Shown here: positions 28,448 to 38,746 of the stretch, piece after piece | How the letters are laid out: the number at the start of each line of letters is the position of its first letter | Position numbering within the stretch: position 1 is the first letter of the stretch | Assembly: GCA_965204375.1 (NCBI GenBank) | Contig: OZ241986.1 | Coordinates: 4,640,001 to 4,704,000, forward strand | Reading direction: 5' to 3' | Length of the DNA: 64,000 nucleotides | Source: Candidatus Latescibacterota bacterium | GTDB taxonomy: Bacteria; Latescibacterota; UBA2968 | The notes under the pieces: generated by a model | The model's database searches: none | Told to the model about the DNA's origin: nothing | What the model saw: only the letters and a program-made list of their open reading frames with translations | Position numbers and translations under genes: made by a program

Positions 28448-29830
28448 ATGGATGAACGCTCTTCTGACTTATGGAACCGGTGTCTCTACACCATCCAGGA
28501 AAAAATACAGGATCAGAGTTTTGAAACCTGGTTCGCTCCAATCAAGGCGCGGCAGTTTACCTCCGAAGAAATTATTCTGGTGGTACCCGAGAGGATTTAT
28601 GCCGATTGGTTAGAACAAAATTACATCGGGTTGATCAAAACGACCATCCAGGAAGTTTTCACATGGAATCCACGCATAACTTTTGCCGTTGGCGATACTC
28701 ATCAACAAATGCCATCTCATGTGACGGATGCTCCCAGATCCATGCAGGGACCACCTCTCGATTCTGTATCTACTGCCCCATCTTTCCATCCTGAACCTGT
28801 CCAACCAGTATTTCCCCTCAATCCACGCTACAGGTTTGATAATTTTGTTGTCGGTGAAAGCAATGAGGTGTCGTTTTCTGCGGCAAAAGCTACTGCAGAG
28901 TCGCCTGGACAAACGGCTTTTAATCCCCTTGTCCTTTATGGCGGCGTTGGATTGGGAAAAACCCACCTGCTCCAAGCCATTGGAGCACACTGTATCGAAA
29001 TGGGGACAGCTCAACGAGTCGTTTATGTTACTGCACAACAGTTTCTCACAGATTATTTAGAAGGAATCAATCGCGGAACAATCTCTAATTTCCATCAAAC
29101 CTATCGCCAGGCGGATGTGTTGCTGGTGGATGACATTCAGTATTATGTGAAGACCGAAGGCTGCCAAAGAGAGTTTATCCATACATTTAATGCCCTATTT
29201 CAAGCAGATAAGCAGATTATCATCAGTTCTGATCGCCCACCATCTCACCTCAAGGGATTTGAAGACCGATTGATTTCTCGGTTCCAGTGGGGTTTGGTTA
29301 CAAATATCGAAGCGCCAGATTTGCCCACGCGCGTGGCAATTTTAATGCAAAAAGCAGAAGAGATGGATGTTTTATTGTCCCACGAAATTGCCAGTTTCTT
29401 AGCTGAACAGATCGATACCAATATACGCGAACTTGAAGGCGCATTAAAACGCCTGATCGCTTATACCAAATTACAACGCCATCCACTCACGATTGAAACA
29501 GCGCGAAAGACTCTGCTAAGCCCGCCTCAAAAGACCAAACCGACTATTACTATTGAAAGCATTCAAAAAGCAGCAGCCCACTTTTTTGAAATACCTTTAG
29601 ATAAACTGGTTGGTTCAACGCGGAAGCAGGATGTGACAACAGCCCGTCATGTGAGTATGTATTTGAGCAAATCTCTTACAGGTGCTCCTCTCAAGACTAT
29701 TGGTTTGCAATTTGGAAACCGCGATCACAGCACAGTTATTCACGCATGCCGGAGAGTAGAAGACAAAATATCAGCGGATCCAGAATTTGAACATCTCGTC
29801 AGTGAACTGCAAGATCATATCGTAAGTTAA
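28448..29830 (+). CDS. dnaA: Chromosomal replication initiator DnaA
   Basis: LNPRYRFDNFVVG, YGGVGLGKTHL, DDIQ, RLISRF.WGL, NIRELEGAL, RDHSTVIHA. Confidence 0.98.
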   Translation: MDERSSDLWNRCLYTIQEKIQDQSFETWFAPIKARQFTSEEIILVVPERIYADWLEQNYIGLIKTTIQEVFTWNPRITFAVGDTHQQMPSHVTDAPRSMQGPPLDSVSTAPSFHPEPVQPVFPLNPRYRFDNFVVGESNEVSFSAAKATAESPGQTAFNPLVLYGGVGLGKTHLLQAIGAHCIEMGTAQRVVYVTAQQFLTDYLEGINRGTISNFHQTYRQADVLLVDDIQYYVKTEGCQREFIHTFNALFQADKQIIISSDRPPSHLKGFEDRLISRFQWGLVTNIEAPDLPTRVAILMQKAEEMDVLLSHEIASFLAEQIDTNIRELEGALKRLIAYTKLQRHPLTIETARKTLLSPPQKTKPTITIESIQKAAAHFFEIPLDKLVGSTRKQDVTTARHVSMYLSKSLTGAPLKTIGLQFGNRDHSTVIHACRRVEDKISADPEFEHLVSELQDHIVS

Positions 29831-29939
29831 GGCGTCAACGCCCAGTAATGACATAAACAGATAGATCTTACAATATATGCCCCAGATTCTCATAGAAGTC
29901 GAAGTCTGGGGTTTATTTTTATCGATTATATTCCTGTTT

Positions 29940-30420
29940 TAGATGTCCAGGGGGTCATTTACTCACATTATCTGTTTATATTATTGATAAAATCAAAATA
30001 TGTACTTGATATACGATAATAATAATAACACTGTGGATTCTGTGGAAAATGCGTCAATAAAAGGAAAACTCGCTTAAAAATAGTGGGTTAAGAATGTTTC
30101 TGCCAATATGACATTGTGAATTTCTATGTGCAGAACATGTGGAAATCTATGTGGTTTTCCACAATTTGGAATGTGGATTTCTTTTTCACACAAAAAATCC
30201 ACAATCTATCCAGATTTTTTTCCACATCCAAAATCTTGTGCACAGATCTGTGCACATAAAGCGTTTCTCTTTAAAAATCAATAACTTTTTATTTTTATCA
30301 TTTGCGGATTGCAAATTGAGTTATCCACATCGGGCAAATCTATTGTTGATAGGTATCATACATGTAAGAGGAATTTATCTTTTTCGTTGAGGATATATTT
30401 ATATTATTCTGTCTCATCAG
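29940..30420. other. Probable oriC
   Basis: AT-rich tract with GATAATAATAATAAC (DUE/DnaA-trio-like) then about 10 DnaA-box-like 9-mers, including perfect TTATCCACA 30321-29, plus TGTGGAAAA and TTTTCCACA; directly after dnaA. Confidence 0.85.
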
Positions 30421-30459
30421 GTGTAAGCTATCTTACCATGGATATATTGTAAATAGGAG

Positions 30460-31086
30460 ATGGTCGGGGTGCTGACTTATGATTCTCAAAAAGCGATGCG
30501 CGTATTGTGCAAAAATGATCGCACACTCGGTCAATTAATCGAGCAGGCAGGACCAATAACCATTGATTTGCCCAAACGATTGAACCCTTTTGATGCGCTT
30601 TTGCGGTCGATTATCTATCAACAACTCTCAGGAAAAGCGGCTGCCACGATTCACAAACGGGTGCGTGCCCTGTTTTCTGGAGGAAATATCAACCCGGATG
30701 ACGTGCTTGCCATAGATGATCAGATGCTTCGCAATGCGGGAATGTCCCGGGCAAAAATAGCCGCAGCAAATGATCTCGCGCAAAAAACCATAGATGGCCT
30801 GATTCCCCCGGGTTCACGCCTTCGCGAAATGTCGGACGCCGATATTGTAGAAAATCTCACACAAGTGCGGGGCGTTGGGGAGTGGACTGTTCAAATGCTT
30901 CTGATGTTTCAACTCGGTAGGCCAGATGTGCTCCCGACAAAGGATTTGGGGGTGCGCAAGGGATTTATGCTTACTTATGGATTGGACGAGTTGCCAGCAG
31001 AAAAAGAAATGATGGTCTATTGCGAGCGGTGGAGACCTTATCGCTCAGTGGGAAGCTGGTACATGTGGCGGGCACTTGAATTGTGA
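30460..31086 (+). CDS. DNA-3-methyladenine glycosylase 2 (AlkA/HhH-GPD family)
   Basis: IIYQQLSGKAA, VRGVGEWT, DVLP..DLGVR, WRPYRS. Confidence 0.9.
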   Translation: MVGVLTYDSQKAMRVLCKNDRTLGQLIEQAGPITIDLPKRLNPFDALLRSIIYQQLSGKAAATIHKRVRALFSGGNINPDDVLAIDDQMLRNAGMSRAKIAAANDLAQKTIDGLIPPGSRLREMSDADIVENLTQVRGVGEWTVQMLLMFQLGRPDVLPTKDLGVRKGFMLTYGLDELPAEKEMMVYCERWRPYRSVGSWYMWRALEL

Positions 31087-31106
31087 GGATAAACTTTCAT
31101 GTATAA

Positions 31107-32477
31107 ATGGAGCGGATTATGCCAAACCTACTCGTTTTATTGAGTGATCAGTTGCGCCGACAGGCTCTTGGAATTCACGGCGACCCGGATGCACGCACAC
31201 CACACCTGGACGCCTTTGCACAACAGGGTGTTCGATTTGACAATGCGTGTTCCACGTATCCGATCTGCGTGCCTTTTCGGTTTACACTTATGACCGGCGA
31301 ATATGCCCATGTCCGCAAAATACCGGGCATTGAATACGCAATGTCCACAGAAGAGCGGACACTGGCCGATGAGTTTAATGAGGCGGGGTATGAAACCATT
31401 TATGTGGGCAAATGGCATCTCGATGGCGGGCACGGGCGGTTGGGATCTGCTGTGCAGGTCAACCGCACGCGGGTACCGCGTTCTCGTCAAGGTCGCTGGC
31501 AAAAGTGGTACGGGTTTGAGCTTCGCAATGATCCTTTTGATACCTGTTATTTTGAAGATGACGATCCCACGCCGAAAAAAATTGAAGGGTATCAGACCGA
31601 TGGTTTGTTTCAAATTGGGATGGATTATATAAAAGATCGGGTAGATGACCGTCCTTTTTGCATGGTCATTTCTGTGGAACCGCCTCACGATCCTTTTGTG
31701 GCTCCTGACGATGTGCAATCCGCCTGGGAAGCGAGAGATATTGTATTGCCCGAAAATTTCGATGTGGCGGATCCCACACAGCGCGAAACTTTTATTCTCA
31801 ATCGCAAGCGCTACAATGCCATGGTTGAGAATCTGGATGCAAATGTCGGAAAGATGATGGCTTTTCTCAAGGCGGAGGGATTATTGGATGATACTGTCGT
31901 GGTCTTTTTATCTGACCATGGCGAGTTGGCGGGCGCACACGGTCTGCGTGCCAAGCAATGGCCCTACGAAGAGTCTGTGGGCATTCCTCTCATGGTGTGG
32001 GATTCTCGTGTGGGAGAACGCGCGGGAACGGTGATCAAAGATCCGACATGCACCGAGGATTTGTTTCCAACACTGCTGGGATTGGTGGGGATAGCGCCCA
32101 AAAACGAGGTGCCGGGGACGAATCTGACGCCGCTCGTTCACGGAGATGTAGATGCGCTGGATCGCGAGGGTGTTTTGCTCGAGTTTGTTGCGGAACTGCG
32201 AGAAAGACCACCATTTTTTGATGAGGTCTGGCGGGGATTTCGCGCGCGGGATTACAAATATACCGTGAAGGGCAATAACATGGGCGGCAGGCCCTGGCAA
32301 TTTTTTGATCTGAAAAACGATCCCGGAGAAATGAATAATCTGGTGGATGATCCCAATTACCGCGACCAGGTCGCCCACCATCATCGCTTGCTGTGCGAGC
32401 GGATGATTGAGACGGAGGATCACTTTGTCATGCTCCCGGCGTTTGACAGTGAAGGTGTAAATGTCTGGGAAGAATAA
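31107..32477 (+). CDS. Sulfatase (Cys-type)
   Basis: PNLLVLLSDQLR, CVPFRFTLMTG, GKWHLD, SDHG. Confidence 0.9.
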   Translation: MERIMPNLLVLLSDQLRRQALGIHGDPDARTPHLDAFAQQGVRFDNACSTYPICVPFRFTLMTGEYAHVRKIPGIEYAMSTEERTLADEFNEAGYETIYVGKWHLDGGHGRLGSAVQVNRTRVPRSRQGRWQKWYGFELRNDPFDTCYFEDDDPTPKKIEGYQTDGLFQIGMDYIKDRVDDRPFCMVISVEPPHDPFVAPDDVQSAWEARDIVLPENFDVADPTQRETFILNRKRYNAMVENLDANVGKMMAFLKAEGLLDDTVVVFLSDHGELAGAHGLRAKQWPYEESVGIPLMVWDSRVGERAGTVIKDPTCTEDLFPTLLGLVGIAPKNEVPGTNLTPLVHGDVDALDREGVLLEFVAELRERPPFFDEVWRGFRARDYKYTVKGNNMGGRPWQFFDLKNDPGEMNNLVDDPNYRDQVAHHHRLLCERMIETEDHFVMLPAFDSEGVNVWEE

Positions 32478-32479
32478 CT

Positions 32480-33568
32480 TCAGGGTTTCCAGATGGTTGC
32501 GCCGATATAGCGTTCGCCTTCTGGGGTATCGTTGTAATAATAGGCTGTTACAAGTGAGCTGTCGGGTCTCAAGACGGTGCGGGGATATCCGATATCCGCA
32601 TTGCCCCCATCGTCGCGCAGAACAATTTCCTCGCTCCAGGTGGTTCCGGTCGTATCACTGATCTTGGCGCGGATGCCATAAGGTTCTGCGCGATAACCGT
32701 AGGTTAGAACGATCCGCCCATCCTTCAGTAGCGTCAAGGTGGGCGGGTTCCCCCCCTGCCCAGAAGCGGGTACAGGCCGACCGATATGTGTCCATGTCAG
32801 TCCATCGTCTTCGGATAAATACGTATCAATCCAGTGTTTCGACGCTGTAAATTCTCCGCGCTCTGTGCAGCGCACAGCGACGAGAATGCGGTCTTCACTG
32901 AGACGCAGACTCGCGGGCATGATCTGAAAACCCGCAGGCTCTTCACTCAGCCACGATAGAAATCCAAACTTGCGTCCGCCATCATAAGACCGCGCAGCAA
33001 ATACGCGGCCTTCCAACCCATTGCGCTTATTCGCCGTTAGAAATAGCGTACATTGATCCGCGCTATCCACCAGATAATCCGTTCGCGCAGCAATCCCGGG
33101 TTGCCCCCACATTGGGAGCCAGAAAGGCCCTTTCCACGACTGGCATCGGTCCTGCGAATAGTACCAGAAGGAACAGACTCCCGGCCCCAGGCCCGTTCTG
33201 GCACACATCAATGCGAAGTCGGGATGCGAAAAATCCACATTGCCCGGACAATCTGTCGGTCCGTGTTTACCGCCCAGAACTTCACCTACGCGCAATCCCT
33301 CATTCATGTGTTCGTCGGCAGACAATCCGCGATTTTCCGGCGTTTTGCACGGCATGGGTGTCACCTTCCAGGTTTCGCCGCCATCCACACTTCGCGCCTG
33401 CATGTTTACAAATGGACGGTCTTTGTCTCGCGCGTGAAAACCGCCCTGGGGATCTGTATATCCCAGCGTAAATCCCAGCGCGATCTCGTCACCCCACGAC
33501 CACACCCCATAATTTGCGGGCCAACCCGCAAACCGTCCCTCTTTGCGGTACACTGTTACGTGTTTCAT
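32480..33568 (-). CDS. Sialidase-like BNR/Asp-box beta-propeller glycosidase
   Basis: Five Asp-box-like motifs (SVDGGETW, SQDRCQSW, SYDGGRKF, SEDDGLTW, SDTTGTTW); DIGYP. Confidence 0.8.
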   Translation of the reverse strand: MKHVTVYRKEGRFAGWPANYGVWSWGDEIALGFTLGYTDPQGGFHARDKDRPFVNMQARSVDGGETWKVTPMPCKTPENRGLSADEHMNEGLRVGEVLGGKHGPTDCPGNVDFSHPDFALMCARTGLGPGVCSFWYYSQDRCQSWKGPFWLPMWGQPGIAARTDYLVDSADQCTLFLTANKRNGLEGRVFAARSYDGGRKFGFLSWLSEEPAGFQIMPASLRLSEDRILVAVRCTERGEFTASKHWIDTYLSEDDGLTWTHIGRPVPASGQGGNPPTLTLLKDGRIVLTYGYRAEPYGIRAKISDTTGTTWSEEIVLRDDGGNADIGYPRTVLRPDSSLVTAYYYNDTPEGERYIGATIWKP

Positions 33569-34572
33569 AATTTGACCGTGCCATCTTCCAGCATACTCAA
33601 CAGTGCGGAATCATCCACATTTAGAGGTAATTCAACTCTGCCCCGACGGCGACTCGATTCATAAGTTGCAAAAATCAATTCTGTTGCTTGCAGTGCTTTA
33701 CGCCCCGAAAGTTCGGGTTCGCGGCCATTTTTCACGGCATCGACGAGATCCAGCACTGAAACGGTTGTCGCATCGCGCTGACTCACCATGCCGCTGAGAT
33801 CCACATCTATCTCCTGGGTACCCGATACAACGCGGAGAGGGGGCGCATCGCGGCCTCCAATTTCAATGAGCCCTTCGCTTCCAATCAATCGATTCGCAAT
33901 GCCCAGCATCCTGGTTCCACCTGTTACCAACAATCCCTCGCGCCCATTTTGATACCTAATCCACGAAACTCCGCTGCCTTCCACGGGGGTCCCAAATACC
34001 TCGCGCCCACCTTCTGCATCGATTTGCCCGATTACCCACTCGGCGGGTTCATCGTCATTGTAAAAGAAGAACATATCAAACCAGTGCGTGCCCCAATCGA
34101 ACATGTTTGGACAATTGCCCTCAAAACGCAGCACTTCACCAATGGCGCCAGATTTTGCAATCTCCTTTGCCTTTATAAATTGCCCGGCAAACCGCCTCTG
34201 ATGACAAAATGTAATGACCACGTCGTTATCCACGCATGCCTGATAGAGCGATTTTGCTTCTCCCCAGGTCGGTGCCATGGGCTTTTCTGCGTGAATCGCC
34301 TGTATTCCACTGCCCGCTGCATCTACAATCATATCGTGATGCAGTCCGGTCCAGGTGCATACGCTAACAAAGTCCAGATCTTCTTTTTCCAGCATGTCTC
34401 GGTAGTCTTCGTAGCCATTTTCAACACCAAATTCTTCCATATACGCCAAACGCGGCGCATCAAACGGATCGGCACACGCTACGAGAGCCACGTCGTCTGA
34501 CGCGGTCCATCCGCGCGCGTGCGCTTTTCCGCGACCACCACAACCGATAACACCAGCTTTAAAATTTGCCAT
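33565..34572 (-). CDS. Gfo/Idh/MocA family oxidoreductase
   Basis: GVIGCGGRG, AEKPMA, HQRRF, DWGTHWFD. Confidence 0.9.
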   Translation of the reverse strand: MANFKAGVIGCGGRGKAHARGWTASDDVALVACADPFDAPRLAYMEEFGVENGYEDYRDMLEKEDLDFVSVCTWTGLHHDMIVDAAGSGIQAIHAEKPMAPTWGEAKSLYQACVDNDVVITFCHQRRFAGQFIKAKEIAKSGAIGEVLRFEGNCPNMFDWGTHWFDMFFFYNDDEPAEWVIGQIDAEGGREVFGTPVEGSGVSWIRYQNGREGLLVTGGTRMLGIANRLIGSEGLIEIGGRDAPPLRVVSGTQEIDVDLSGMVSQRDATTVSVLDLVDAVKNGREPELSGRKALQATELIFATYESSRRRGRVELPLNVDDSALLSMLEDGTVKL

Positions 34573-34602
34573 TTTTTTCTCCTGATAGACGTTAGACCGT
34601 AC

Positions 34603-35574
34603 CTACATTGTGTAAATCGATGTTGCATCCACCACATATCCCTGTTGATTATCTACCACATTTAACAGGGGTTCTCCGGCACAGAATCGCCGGACATTTT
34701 CTACGATTAATGCCTTTCTGCGCTTGTCAATCTCGGGCGAAACGCCCGCCACATGTGGCGTCAATATCACATTTTCCATGGACCACAGGGCGTGGTCTTG
34801 CGGCAACGGCTCCTCTTCATATACATCGAGGCCAGCACCGCCGATCTGTCCGGATTGCAATGCGCTGGTCAGTGCGTGCAATTGGACCACTTTGCCGCGA
34901 CCGATGTTGATTAGTATTCCCGTATTTTTCATCGCCCGAAACATATCTGCGTTGAATAGCCCTTCGGTCTCGGCAGTGTGGGGTACGCATATCACGACAA
35001 AATCCGACTCTCCGACCATATTCGAAAGTTCATCGGGAGAATAAATACGCGCAATAAAATCGGGTTTTCCCTTTGGTGCTGGATCCATTCCCAGCACGCG
35101 CATGCCAAATATCGGACCTCGCTCGGCAACGGCCAGACCAATGCCACCCAAACCGACTACGCCCAATGTCGTTCCCGCAAGATGAATTACAGGCGCGCCT
35201 TTTTCCCATTTGCTCCGAGATTGATTGCGAATATAGTGATGCAATCCGCGGGCAAATGCCATGACCATTGAAAAGACGTGATCGGCGATTACATCGCTGT
35301 ATATTCCGCGGATATTCGTCACTGTCAAATCGCTTTTCCGCAGTTCGGGAAAGTAATAGCCATCCAGCCCGGCACTCGTCGCCTGCACCCATCGCAACTT
35401 CTTTGCTGCCTTCAAAATCTGCGGGGACATGCCGCCGAAATAGGCATCTGCATCGCCAATTTCGGATAGTAAGTCCCCTTCGGACTTCACAACCGCAGTT
35501 TCCACACCCAGATCGCGGATCTGTTGCATGTATTCATCTTCCAACGCCCGCTGCAATACCATTTTTATCGCCAT
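34603..35574 (-). CDS. D-2-hydroxyacid dehydrogenase
   Basis: GVVGLGGIG, INIGRG, GLDVYEEEPLP, TPHVAG. Start set to MAIKMV to avoid overlap. Confidence 0.9.
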   Translation of the reverse strand: MAIKMVLQRALEDEYMQQIRDLGVETAVVKSEGDLLSEIGDADAYFGGMSPQILKAAKKLRWVQATSAGLDGYYFPELRKSDLTVTNIRGIYSDVIADHVFSMVMAFARGLHHYIRNQSRSKWEKGAPVIHLAGTTLGVVGLGGIGLAVAERGPIFGMRVLGMDPAPKGKPDFIARIYSPDELSNMVGESDFVVICVPHTAETEGLFNADMFRAMKNTGILINIGRGKVVQLHALTSALQSGQIGGAGLDVYEEEPLPQDHALWSMENVILTPHVAGVSPEIDKRRKALIVENVRRFCAGEPLLNVVDNQQGYVVDATSIYTM

Positions 35575-35590
35575 CTCACAATCTCCAGTA

Positions 35591-36868
35591 TTATGCTTGC
35601 CAGGGCACACTGCCATTTTGTTGCATTTCCGCCTGCAACAACTCACCCATCTCTCGAAATGTGTCTTTCTGCGTTTTTGCCCGATCAGATGTTTCTTGAG
35701 GGTCATTGCCCAGATCGTAAAGTTCCAGCGGTTCAAAAGGACTGTTGTGCAGCAATTTGATATTGCCGCGTCGAACAGCGTGCTGGTTTAGTCCGAGAAA
35801 TGAGTTGCCCCCGTCTTTTCGAACCCAGTACATCGCGCGATCAGAAAAATTCTGGTTTGCTCCTCTCAGCGTTGGCAAAATGGACAGTCCCTCAATCTCG
35901 TGGTTGACCGATACACCTGCTATATCGCAGGCTGTGGGAAACAGGTCCATCAGCATGGCAACGTTATCACATACCTGGCCTTTTTCGATTCCATCTGTCC
36001 ACATTGCACAGGTGGGTACCCGAATGCCGCCTTCATACATCTGTCCCTTTCCGCCTTTTAAATCACCGTTGGTCGCGCCCACATTTAGCTGGCCGCCATT
36101 GTCCGATGTGTAGATCACGAGTGTATTGGCGAGTTGTCCGGTTTGCTCAAGCGTGTCCAAGACCCGACCAATGCCCGCATCCATGTGCTCGACCAGTGCG
36201 ATGTATTTCACCCGCTCGGGCGAGGCATCAGGCTCGCGCTGGCGCACCCGGTCGATCCAATCTTCTGGCGGTTGAATGGGTGTGTGTGGCGCATTATATG
36301 CCAGATAGAGAAAAAACGGCTGTGACGAATGCGCGTGTCCGCGAACCACTTCTATTGCCCATTCTGTAAATAAATCCGTCGCGTGCCCACGCGGATCAAT
36401 CACCTCGAGGTCCTTCCGCATGTAATTCTGGTCGTGCCGCAAATGCGTGTAATAGTCGTCCATCATGTCGCCCAAAAAACCGTGGAAATGATCAAACCCG
36501 CGCTTGCACGGATGGTTTTCTGGTTCGAGGCCCAGATGCCATTTTCCAACAATGGATGTGTGATAGTCTTTTTGTTTGAGCATTGATGGCAGTGTTATGG
36601 CATCACGACTGAAATATCCCCAATTGCTCTCGGGATATGTGCGAATCACGCCCGGCACGCCAACTCGATCTGGATATCGCCCGGTCATCAATGCTGCGCG
36701 ACTGGGGGAACACACGGATGAATTTGCGTAGAACTGTGTCATGCGAATGCCGTTTTCAGCAATGCGATCGATATTCGGCGTTTGAATATGCGGTCCACGA
36801 TGTGCCGAGATATCGCCGTAACCGTGATCATCACCCAGGATTACCAGAATATTGGGCAAATGCGCCAT
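35591..36868 (-). CDS. Sulfatase (Cys-type)
   Basis: DDHGYGD, CSPSRAALMTG, GKWHLG, SDNG, YEGGIRVP. Confidence 0.9.
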   Translation of the reverse strand: MAHLPNILVILGDDHGYGDISAHRGPHIQTPNIDRIAENGIRMTQFYANSSVCSPSRAALMTGRYPDRVGVPGVIRTYPESNWGYFSRDAITLPSMLKQKDYHTSIVGKWHLGLEPENHPCKRGFDHFHGFLGDMMDDYYTHLRHDQNYMRKDLEVIDPRGHATDLFTEWAIEVVRGHAHSSQPFFLYLAYNAPHTPIQPPEDWIDRVRQREPDASPERVKYIALVEHMDAGIGRVLDTLEQTGQLANTLVIYTSDNGGQLNVGATNGDLKGGKGQMYEGGIRVPTCAMWTDGIEKGQVCDNVAMLMDLFPTACDIAGVSVNHEIEGLSILPTLRGANQNFSDRAMYWVRKDGGNSFLGLNQHAVRRGNIKLLHNSPFEPLELYDLGNDPQETSDRAKTQKDTFREMGELLQAEMQQNGSVPWQA

Positions 36869-36883
36869 TTTATCTCCTTATAA

Positions 36884-37174
36884 TTACATGTGCCGCAGCA
36901 TCCGCCGCACCAGTTCGCGTTTTTCTGCGGGATCTTTTGCCCAGCAAATTTCCTCAAACCGATCTTCAAATGTCCCCGAATTTTCGATTTTTCGATCCCG
37001 ACTCAATTTTTGTAGCTGCTCAATTTCACGAGGATCAAGTCTGTGGGACAGGCGGTTTAACGCAAATTTGAACCGTTTCGGATTTCGCAAAAAATAAGTG
37101 CCCAATTCCCGGAGCATGTCGCCGTATTTCCAATCCTGCTCCGCAACTGTTTCCGCCAGTTTATCATTTTGCAT
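36884..37174 (-). CDS. Hypothetical helical protein (~96 aa)
   Basis: Fills the gap in a co-oriented operon; RBS GGAGG before MQNDKL. Confidence 0.55.
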   Translation of the reverse strand: MQNDKLAETVAEQDWKYGDMLRELGTYFLRNPKRFKFALNRLSHRLDPREIEQLQKLSRDRKIENSGTFEDRFEEICWAKDPAEKRELVRRMLRHM

Positions 37175-37190
37175 GACTAAAAACCTCCTC

Positions 37191-38600
37191 TTACTCATTG
37201 GGACGTTTTCCAATTGTATCCGCGAGGTGATCCATCAGGTCATCGAGCGCTTGCCGCGATGCGCGACCGCGAAATGCTTCGAGCACCGGGTCGTTTGTTT
37301 CCACCATCCATTCTTCGAGCGCGTTTCTCTGAGCCTGGAGTTCATCGGCGTAGTTGGGATCGTCAATGAGGTTGTTCAGCGCATTGGGGTCGTTCTCAAA
37401 GTCGTAAAATTCTTCGAGTACGCGATAGGAAAACAAATGGTTTCGCGCGGTCAATTCCGGGTCGTTGGCTTCTGCTTCTTTCATCGCCTGCCAGGACCGA
37501 CCGTTCTGGGACTCGTTTCGAAATTCTCGCTCGCCATCAGACCAGGGATTGAAGATATAGCCGAATCGCGTATTTTGCACGCATCGCATCGGGTAATTGC
37601 GTCGCCCCGAGGTCTGGTGAAATTGCGTGAACACTTGTTCGCATCCATCCTGTTTTTCACCCCGCAATACGGGCAAACGCGATTTGCCATTGACGCCGTC
37701 CGGGATATCTACACCAATCGCATCCAATACTGTAGGCAAGTAATCTACCCCGGAAATAAAATGTTCGGTATCCACGCGCCCGGCTTGTATGACCGCGGGC
37801 CATCGCGCCAAAAAGGGTGTGCGCGTGCTGTTTAGGTAACAATTTGTTTTTGCAAAGGGGAATGCCATGCCATTGTCAGATAAGAACATCACGAGGGTGT
37901 TCTCCGCCACGCCCGCTTCATCTAATACATCGAGTAATTGGCCCACGGTATCATCACAGCGACGAGCAGAGTTGTAATACTCGGCAATTTCCAGACGCAC
38001 GTCCGGTATGTCGGGCAAAAACTCGGGAATGACCACTTCTTCCGGGTCAAATGTGCGCGAGGGCGGAACCGCTGGCGGGTCGAGTTCGCTGTACCATTCG
38101 GGTTTGTCGTTGCCGTAGAACGGGCGATGGGGATCGTGGGAATTTGCCATGAGGAAAAATGGGCGGTCGCCATCTACGGCACCCTGAACAAAGTTTTTTG
38201 TATGCTGATAATACGCATCGGGATTTCGTCCCTGTCCCAAATCGATCTGATCATACGCCATGTCCCATTGAAATGCCGCGTATGGCGTCGAGTGTGTCAC
38301 TTTGCCCAAAATGCCCACATCATAGCCCTTACCGCGCAAGATATCGGGTAGTATGGGGACGCCTTCGTGTCGCAAATGGTAAAAGCCCTCGCCCCCACTG
38401 AGATGCGGATAGCGCCCGGTCATCAATGCCGAGCGGCTCGGTTGACATACTGCAATTGTCACATGTCCGTGGTTAAATCGCAATCCTCCTGCAGCCAGTC
38501 GGTCAATATTTGGCGTTGTCCCCGCTGTTGGACAACCAAATGCTCCCACGGCATCCCAGTTCATGTCATCTGCTGTTATCAACATAAAGTTTGTCCGCAT
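37191..38600 (-). CDS. Sulfatase (N-sulfoglucosamine sulfohydrolase-like)
   Basis: ADD, CQPSRSALMTG, DPHRPF, SDNGMAFPFAKTNCY; RBS GGAGG. Confidence 0.88.
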   Translation of the reverse strand: MRTNFMLITADDMNWDAVGAFGCPTAGTTPNIDRLAAGGLRFNHGHVTIAVCQPSRSALMTGRYPHLSGGEGFYHLRHEGVPILPDILRGKGYDVGILGKVTHSTPYAAFQWDMAYDQIDLGQGRNPDAYYQHTKNFVQGAVDGDRPFFLMANSHDPHRPFYGNDKPEWYSELDPPAVPPSRTFDPEEVVIPEFLPDIPDVRLEIAEYYNSARRCDDTVGQLLDVLDEAGVAENTLVMFLSDNGMAFPFAKTNCYLNSTRTPFLARWPAVIQAGRVDTEHFISGVDYLPTVLDAIGVDIPDGVNGKSRLPVLRGEKQDGCEQVFTQFHQTSGRRNYPMRCVQNTRFGYIFNPWSDGEREFRNESQNGRSWQAMKEAEANDPELTARNHLFSYRVLEEFYDFENDPNALNNLIDDPNYADELQAQRNALEEWMVETNDPVLEAFRGRASRQALDDLMDHLADTIGKRPNE

Positions 38601-38673
38601 AAAACCTCCAGATTGAGAAGTGAGTTTAGCCACAAAAGAGAAGACGTGAATAATTTGAGCGTCTGAAGAAATC

Positions 38674-38700
38674 CACGAAGGACACGAAGGACACGAAGAA
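38674..38700. repeat. 9-bp tandem repeat (CACGAAGGA)x3
   Basis: cacgaagga cacgaagga cacgaagaa. Confidence 0.8.
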
Positions 38701-38746
38701 AGATAGTATTGATACTGTTGTAAAGATACAAGAAGCGATGAAATAT

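Noticed and set aside
30139-30390. 83-aa ORF downstream of dnaA
   Set aside because: Lies across the DnaA-box array; its composition reflects the boxes, so it is probably not coding.
35575-35736. N-terminal extensions in the ORF track (dehydrogenase, dnaN, ctpA, pgsA-like, brnT)
   Set aside because: They overlap neighbours or promoters; downstream starts match family N-termini better.
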